Shown here: positions 58,420-64,000 of the stretch, piece after piece
How the letters are laid out: each line of letters opens with the position of its first letter
Position numbering within the stretch: the stretch's first letter is position 1
NCBI GenBank assembly: GCA_965250285.1
Contig: OZ252299.1
Location: 480,001-544,000, forward strand
Length of the DNA: 64,000 nucleotides
Direction of reading: 5' to 3'
Source: Myxococcota bacterium
GTDB taxonomy: Bacteria; Myxococcota_A; UBA9160; UBA4427
Notes under the pieces: generated by a model
Told to the model about the DNA's origin: nothing
Seen by the model: the letters and a program-made list of their open reading frames with translations, nothing else
Database searches by the model: none
Made by a program: the position numbers and the translations under genes

Positions 58420-60222
58420 GTGAGCGCATGGCAGTCGGACGCCGGCGCGGCCTGGGCCTTCATCGAGCGCTTCTTCGACGCGCTGGTGGCCGGGGGCGTC
58501 GAGGCTGTCTGCATCTCACCCGGCTCGCGCTCGACGCCGCTCGCCGTGGCGGCGTTCGAGACGCCCGGTCTCGAGACGACCCTGCACCTCGACGAGCGGT
58601 CGGCGAGCTTTCACGCGCTCGGCCGTGCGAAGGCATCGCGCCGCCCGGTGGCGCTGGTGTGCACGAGCGGAACCGCCGCCGCGAACTATCTGCCTGCGAT
58701 CGTCGAAGCGCACCACTCCGCAACGCCGCTCGTCGTGTTGACCGCCGACCGGCCGCCCGAGCTGCGCGACTGGGGGGCCGGCCAGACGATCGATCAGCTC
58801 AAGCTCTTCGGGCGCTACGTGCGTGACTTCGTCGAGATGCCGATTCCGGGCGCGGGTGAGGCGGCACTGCGCGCCGCCGATGGTTTTGCGGCGCGGGCGC
58901 TCGCCGCGGCCTGGCGATCGCCGGCCGGCCCGGTCCACCTGAACTGGCCGCTGCGTGAGCCTCTCGAAGCGCCGAGCGATCACGTCCGCGCACCGGCGAC
59001 GGCGCGCGTCGCGGCGCTCGATGCGCGCACGAGCCCGCCGACCGAAGCCGAGATCGATCGGCTCGAAGCGTGCGTGCGTCGTCACGGGCGAGGTGTCGTG
59101 TGCGCCGGCACGCTCGATGCGACGCCGCATGAGGCGGCCGCGATCGCGCGCTTCGCCGCGCGCGCCGGCTGGCCTGTGCTCGCCGATCCGCTGTCGCAGC
59201 TGCGCTGCGGCGCGCACGTCGCCGCGCAGGGCCACACGGGCGCGGCGACGATCGTGTCGACCAGCGAGTTTCTCCTGCGATCCGATGCGTTCGGTGCGGC
59301 GGCCCGAGCCGAGGTCGTCCTGCGTCTCGGCGGTGCGCCCGTGTCGAAGGCGCAGAAGCTCTGGCTCGCGGCGCATCCGCCCGAGGCACTCTGGCTCGTC
59401 GATGCAGCCGGTCGTTGGGAAGAGCCGAATCATCTCGCGACCGACCACGTACCGGCGGCGCCTGCCGCGCTGCTCGCGGCGGTCGATGCGCGGCTCGAGG
59501 CGGGCGGCTTCGAGCGCGGCGCTGAATCGACCTGGGCTCGGGCGTGGCGCGCGGCCGACCGAGCGGGGGCCGAGACGCTGGCCGGCGATGGGCCGGACGC
59601 AGATCTCATCGAATCGGATGTCGTGCAGATCCTGGCCGAGCTCGTGCCCGAAGACACCGCGGTCTTCCTCTCGAACAGCATGCCGATCCGCGATGTCGAT
59701 GCGTTCTGGCCTGCCGCCTCGCGGCGGGTGCGGTTTCTCGGCAATCGCGGGGCGAACGGCATCGACGGCATCCCGTCGACGGCCCTCGGCATCGCGGCGG
59801 CGAGCGAGGCGCCGGTCGTCCTGCTCACGGGAGATCTGGCCCTGCTGCACGACGTCGGCGGGCTGCTGGCCGCGCAGGGCGCCGCGGGCTCGCTGACGAT
59901 CGTCGTGCTCGACAACGACGGCGGCGGGATCTTCTCGTTTCTGCCGATCGCCGATCGCGCCGCTGAGACCACGTTCGAGACGCTCTTTCGTACGCCGCAC
60001 GGGCACGACCTGCAGCAGCTCGGGGCCTTCTTCGCGGCGCCCGTGGCGAACGCGTCGGGTGCCGAGGCTCTGCGCAAGGCCCTCGCCGAGTCGATCGGTG
60101 CGCCGGGTGTGCGGATCGTGCGCGTGCCGATCGACCGCGACGTGAACGTCGAGCGGTTTCGGGTCGCGAGTCGAGCAGTGCAGGCCGTCGCCGATGGGGC
60201 GACGTCGGGATTCGCGTCGTGA
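58420..60222 (+). CDS. menD: SEPHCHC synthase (ThDP-dependent)
   Basis: SPGSRSTPL, DERSA.F, CTSGTA, TADRP, NSMPIR, NRGANGIDG, GD..N..GGIF. Confidence 0.96.
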   Translation: MSAWQSDAGAAWAFIERFFDALVAGGVEAVCISPGSRSTPLAVAAFETPGLETTLHLDERSASFHALGRAKASRRPVALVCTSGTAAANYLPAIVEAHHSATPLVVLTADRPPELRDWGAGQTIDQLKLFGRYVRDFVEMPIPGAGEAALRAADGFAARALAAAWRSPAGPVHLNWPLREPLEAPSDHVRAPATARVAALDARTSPPTEAEIDRLEACVRRHGRGVVCAGTLDATPHEAAAIARFAARAGWPVLADPLSQLRCGAHVAAQGHTGAATIVSTSEFLLRSDAFGAAARAEVVLRLGGAPVSKAQKLWLAAHPPEALWLVDAAGRWEEPNHLATDHVPAAPAALLAAVDARLEAGGFERGAESTWARAWRAADRAGAETLAGDGPDADLIESDVVQILAELVPEDTAVFLSNSMPIRDVDAFWPAASRRVRFLGNRGANGIDGIPSTALGIAAASEAPVVLLTGDLALLHDVGGLLAAQGAAGSLTIVVLDNDGGGIFSFLPIADRAAETTFETLFRTPHGHDLQQLGAFFAAPVANASGAEALRKALAESIGAPGVRIVRVPIDRDVNVERFRVASRAVQAVADGATSGFAS

Positions 60223-61064
60223 CGTTGCGCGTCCGCACCCTCGACGCAGACGGTGTCGAGCTCTGCGTCGAATCGACCGGGCAGGGCGCACCGGTCGTCA
60301 TGCTGCACGGGTTCACGGGGGACGCGTCGAGCATGGCGCCCGCCGCCACACCGCTCGTGCGCGACTTCACCGTGCACCGCGTCGAGCTCATCGGCCACGG
60401 GCGCAGCGCGGCGCCCGCCGACGTCGCACCCTACGCGATGCCCCGGTGCGTCGCGCAGCTGATCTCTTTCCTCGATGCGCTCGGGATCGAGTCGGCGCAC
60501 GTGTACGGCTACTCGATGGGCGGCCGCACGGCTCTCTCGCTGGCCGCAGCGCACCCCGAGCGCGTGCGATCGCTCGTGCTCGTCGGCGCCACGGCGGGCC
60601 TCGCTTCGCCCGATGCCCGCGCCGAGCGTCGGGCGGCCGACGAGGCGCTCGCCGATCGCATCGAGCGAGATGGCCTCGAGCCCTTCGTCGACCATTGGAT
60701 GGCGCTGCCGCTCTTCGCGAGTCAGAAGCGGCTCGGCGACTCGGCCCTCGCCGAAGCGCGCGCTCAGCGGCTGCGCGGCACGCCGACCGGCTTTGCGAAC
60801 AGCCTGCGCGGGATGGGCACGGGCGCGATGCCCCCGCTGCATGCAGCGCTGGGTTCCCTGGCGATGCCGATCGAGCTCGTGGTCGGCGAAGAGGACGCCA
60901 AGTTTCGCGACATCGCAGCCGGGCTCTCGGCCGCGCTGCCGCAAGCGCAGATCGACGTGATCGACGAGGCCGGGCATGCCGCCCACCTCGAACAACCGCA
61001 GCGCGTCGGGGAGGCCGTGCGTCGCTTCCTCTTCGAAGCTGACGCCCGGGAGCACGCCAGATGA
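60219..61064 (+). CDS. menH: SHCHC synthase (alpha/beta hydrolase)
   Basis: LHGFTG, GYSMGGR, R...DE.LA, GH.AH. Confidence 0.92.
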   Translation: MTLRVRTLDADGVELCVESTGQGAPVVMLHGFTGDASSMAPAATPLVRDFTVHRVELIGHGRSAAPADVAPYAMPRCVAQLISFLDALGIESAHVYGYSMGGRTALSLAAAHPERVRSLVLVGATAGLASPDARAERRAADEALADRIERDGLEPFVDHWMALPLFASQKRLGDSALAEARAQRLRGTPTGFANSLRGMGTGAMPPLHAALGSLAMPIELVVGEEDAKFRDIAAGLSAALPQAQIDVIDEAGHAAHLEQPQRVGEAVRRFLFEADAREHAR

Positions 61065-61960
61065 GCGACGACGCAACCCGACCCGGTCGCCTCGCGATCT
61101 GGCTCATGGCGGCTCGCCCGCGCACGCTCCCGGTGAGCGTTGCGCCGGTGGTGGTCGGCACGGCCGTGGCGTGGGCGGAGGGGGTCGCACGACTCGGGCC
61201 GGCGCTCGCGGCGTTCGCGGGCGCGCTGCTGCTGCAGCTCGCGTCGAACTTCGCCAACGACCTCTTCGACCACGAGAAAGGGGCCGACACCGCAGAGCGC
61301 ATCGGGCCGCCCCGCGTCATGCAGCAGGGCTTGATGACGGCGCGCGAGCTCTGGGTCGGGATCGGGGTCGTGCTCGCGCTGGCCGTCGCGGTGGGGCTCT
61401 ATCTCACCTGGGTCGCCGGCTGGCCCGTCGTTGCGATCGGGGTGGTATCGATCATCGCGGCGCTCGCCTACACGGGCGGCCCCTATCCCTTGGGCTACAA
61501 CGGGCTCGGTGACCTCGCGGTGTTCGTCTTCTTCGGTCTCGTCGCCGTCACGGGCACGTACTACGTGCAGGCCGGTGCGTTCTCGATGTCGGCGTTCGTC
61601 GCATCGTGGCCGGTCGGGTTGCTCGCGACGGCGATCCTCGTCGTGAACAATGTGCGCGACGTCGACAGCGATCGAAAGACCGGCAAACGGACGCTCGTCG
61701 TTCGGATGGGCCGCGAAGGCGGACGCAACGAGTATGCGCTGCTCGTGACGCTCGCCTACGCGCTGCTGCTCGTGCCGTGGCTGGCCTTCGACGCGTCACC
61801 GTGGGTGCTGCTGCCGGTCGTGACGCTGCCGCTCGCGATCCGCGGCATTCGGGTCGTGCAGACCGAGGTCGAGGGCCCGGCGCTCAACGAGGCGCTCGCC
61901 GGCACGGCCCAGCTGACGCTGCTCTTCTCGCTCGCGTTCGCGGTGGGCCAGCTGCTGTGA
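61061..61960 (+). CDS. menA: DHNA polyprenyltransferase
   Basis: RPRTL, NFANDLFD...GAD, YTGGP.P.GY, NNVRD..SD...GKRTL. Confidence 0.95.
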   Translation: MSDDATRPGRLAIWLMAARPRTLPVSVAPVVVGTAVAWAEGVARLGPALAAFAGALLLQLASNFANDLFDHEKGADTAERIGPPRVMQQGLMTARELWVGIGVVLALAVAVGLYLTWVAGWPVVAIGVVSIIAALAYTGGPYPLGYNGLGDLAVFVFFGLVAVTGTYYVQAGAFSMSAFVASWPVGLLATAILVVNNVRDVDSDRKTGKRTLVVRMGREGGRNEYALLVTLAYALLLVPWLAFDASPWVLLPVVTLPLAIRGIRVVQTEVEGPALNEALAGTAQLTLLFSLAFAVGQLL

Positions 61961-63069
61961 CCTGGGCCGAGGCGCGACTCGTTCCGTTCGCCCTCCCGCT
62001 CAGCCGACCGCTCGAGACGGCACACGGCACGTGGCACGAGCGTCGCGGTTGGCTCGTTCGACTGCTCGACCGCGACGGCCTCGAGGGGCATGCCACCGCG
62101 ATGCCCATCGCGGGGTTCGGCGGCGAGACGTTCGAAGCCTGCGGTGCCGCGCTCGAGCGGGTCCTCGACCTCGAGGCCGCGGGCACCTTCGCCGCCGACG
62201 CCCTCGACGGCGCGCCCTTCGCGGCGTCGGCCTGGCACACGGCCCAAGCCGACCTCAATGCGCGTCGAGAGAAGCAGCCCCTCGCCGCCGACCTCGTCCG
62301 GCGAGTCCACGGCCCCGGCACCGCGCCCCGAGCCGAGGTCGCCGTCAACGCACTCATCGCTGCGGAGACACCCGATGCGCTGCGCGCGGGCGTCGAGGCG
62401 GCGCGCGCGTATCCGGTGATCAAGCTCAAGGTCGGTGCCGACGTCGATGCGGCCCTCGAGCGCATCGAGGTCGCATGCGACGTGCTCGCGTCCGGCCAAC
62501 GTCTGCGTGTCGATCCGAACTCGAGCTGGTCCGAGGCCGATGCAGCGCGCGCGCTGGCCGCGCTCGCCGATCGACCGATCGAGTACGTCGAACAGCCCAC
62601 GCCCGGCCTCGACGCCCTGGCGCGCTTGCGTCGCAGCACCCGTGTCGCGCTCGCGGCCGACGAGTCGGTGAGCGACGCCGAAGGATTCACGCGGGCGGTG
62701 CGCGACCGCAGCGTCGACGTCGTGGTGATGAAGCCGATGTGCATCGGCGGTGTCGACCGCGCCGTCGCGCTCGGCGACACGGCGCAGTCGGCCGAGGTCG
62801 ACGTGGTGGTCACGTCGCTGCTCGACTCGGTCATCGGTGTGCGCGCCGCCCAGGCCGTCGCCCTCGCACTGTCGAAGCCGCCGCTCGCGTGCGGGCTGGC
62901 CACCGCGAACCTGTTCGAGCGAGACCTGGTTCGGGTCGCGTCGCCGCCGTCGAGTGGTGCGCTGCGCGGCTGGACCGAGCCCGGGCTCGGCACCGAGATC
63001 GACGATGCGGCGTTGACGGCCTGTGCGCTCGCGGACGAGCGTCGCTTCGTCGGCGCAGGTCGCGCCTGA
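61957..63069 (+). CDS. menC: o-succinylbenzoate synthase (enolase superfamily)
   Basis: KLKVG, RVDPN, EQP, ADES, KP...GG; GTGA overlap with menA. Confidence 0.9.
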   Translation: MTWAEARLVPFALPLSRPLETAHGTWHERRGWLVRLLDRDGLEGHATAMPIAGFGGETFEACGAALERVLDLEAAGTFAADALDGAPFAASAWHTAQADLNARREKQPLAADLVRRVHGPGTAPRAEVAVNALIAAETPDALRAGVEAARAYPVIKLKVGADVDAALERIEVACDVLASGQRLRVDPNSSWSEADAARALAALADRPIEYVEQPTPGLDALARLRRSTRVALAADESVSDAEGFTRAVRDRSVDVVVMKPMCIGGVDRAVALGDTAQSAEVDVVVTSLLDSVIGVRAAQAVALALSKPPLACGLATANLFERDLVRVASPPSSGALRGWTEPGLGTEIDDAALTACALADERRFVGAGRA

Positions 63070-63070
63070 C

Positions 63071-64000
63071 ATGACGAGCGTGAGCTGGATCGATCGCGCG
63101 CGCGAGCGCTTCGCCCAAGCGAAAGCGATCACGTGGAGCGGCGGAAGCTGGACGTGGGCCGAGCTCGCCGACCGCGTCGATGCGACCGGCCAAGACCTCG
63201 ACCGGATCGGGGTCGTCGCCGGTGACACCGTGGCGCTCCTGGCCGAGAACGGCCCGGCGTGGGCGCGCTGGCTGCACGCGGCGGCCGTGCGGGGCGTGAC
63301 CCTGCTGCCGCTCAACGCACGCTTGACGCCGGCCGAGCTCGCGTTTCAGCTGGCGGACGCGGGCGCGCGTGCGTGTCTCGTCGGGCCAGATGTCGAGGCC
63401 GACCGCGCGGGTGCGCTCCGCACGCGCGATGCGGCGAGGCCCATCCATCCACTCGACGACACCGGGGCCCTGGATGTCGCTGCGTCGAGCTTCGCCCGTG
63501 CGCCGCGCGACGACATCGGAAAGGGTGCGCCCTTCGAGCCGGAGCGGACGCTCGCGCTGCTCTACACCTCGGGCACGACCGGCCGGCCGAAGGGCGTGCA
63601 GCTGCCGGTGCGCGCCTTCGACGCGAGTGCTCGGGCTTCGCAGCGAAGCGTGCCGCTCGCCGTCGGTGACCGCTGGCTCGTCTGCATGCCGCTCTTCCAC
63701 GTCGGCGGCCTCTCGATCCTCGTGCGCACGGCGATGGCGGGCGCGCGTGCGGTCGTGCACGCCGGCTTCGATCCCGCAGCGGTGAGCCGGGCGCTCGAAG
63801 ACGACGGGGTGACGCACGTCTCGTTCGTCCCGACGATGCTGAAGCGCGTGCTCGACGACCGGGGCGATGCACCGGCGCCGGCGTCGCTTCGCTGTGTGCT
63901 ACTCGGCGGAGGCGCCGCCGAGCCGGCTCTCATCGAACGGGCCTGGTCGCTCGGCTACCCCGTCGTGCCGACCTATGGCTTGACCGAGGCGTGCAGTCAG
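63071..64000 (+). CDS. menE: o-succinylbenzoate-CoA ligase (partial, runs off the window end)
   Basis: In-frame YTSGTTGRPKGV, PLFHVGG, SFVPTML, LLGG, TYGLTE; absent from the ORF track because there is no stop in the window. Confidence 0.92.
   Translation, partial: MTSVSWIDRARERFAQAKAITWSGGSWTWAELADRVDATGQDLDRIGVVAGDTVALLAENGPAWARWLHAAAVRGVTLLPLNARLTPAELAFQLADAGARACLVGPDVEADRAGALRTRDAARPIHPLDDTGALDVAASSFARAPRDDIGKGAPFEPERTLALLYTSGTTGRPKGVQLPVRAFDASARASQRSVPLAVGDRWLVCMPLFHVGGLSILVRTAMAGARAVVHAGFDPAAVSRALEDDGVTHVSFVPTMLKRVLDDRGDAPAPASLRCVLLGGGAAEPALIERAWSLGYPVVPTYGLTEACSQ

Noticed and set aside
63071..64000. menE as a pseudogene (missing from the ORF track)
   Set aside because: The AMP-binding motifs are in frame with ATG 63071; the gene is only truncated by the window edge

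Overview
High-GC (by eye roughly 65-70%) bacterial chromosomal segment with a diderm envelope (Mla system, TonB-dependent receptor, beta-barrels). The gene set resembles uncultured Myxococcota/Deltaproteobacteria-like lineages; this is inference, not established here. About 51 CDS. No rRNA, tRNA, CRISPR array or mobile element was recognised. Blocks: (1) 0.1-13.3 kb, a sigma54-promoter-driven secreted protein with an IPTL/PEP-CTERM-like sorting tail, next to a TPR lipoprotein-like protein, a non-canonical sulfatase-fold enzyme, a TonB-dependent receptor, a beta-barrel and a GT-C-like membrane protein (candidate surface sorting/modification system). (2) 14-20 kb, SDRs, an F420-type LLM, TetR with a perfect operator-like palindrome, a sulfotransferase and a DUF1214-like protein. 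(3) htpG, a beta-propeller lipoprotein, an LLM, mlaFEDAC, an AEC transporter, an S9 peptidase and dusB. (4) parE-parC-type topoisomerase with Lys/Ala tails, and a GST. (5) 38.4-44.7 kb, a degenerate TraB/GumN-phosphodiesterase fusion divergent from a two-CXXCH protein plus an atypical PhoX. (6) truncated globin, TMTC-like GT-C protein, bolA, Grx4-IscA-like-rhodanese fusion, prc, LLM, class I fumarase, SpoU methylase and a glutamine amidotransferase. (7) a MerR-headed classical menaquinone operon (menG-F-D-H-A-C-E, cut by the window end). Non-coding signals: at least eight genes have a TAnnnT hexamer only 6-9 nt before the ATG (leaderless-like), and two tandem arrays (44 bp and 37 bp) are copies of the last codons of the adjacent gene. 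All family calls are by-eye motif recognition; no database searches were run.
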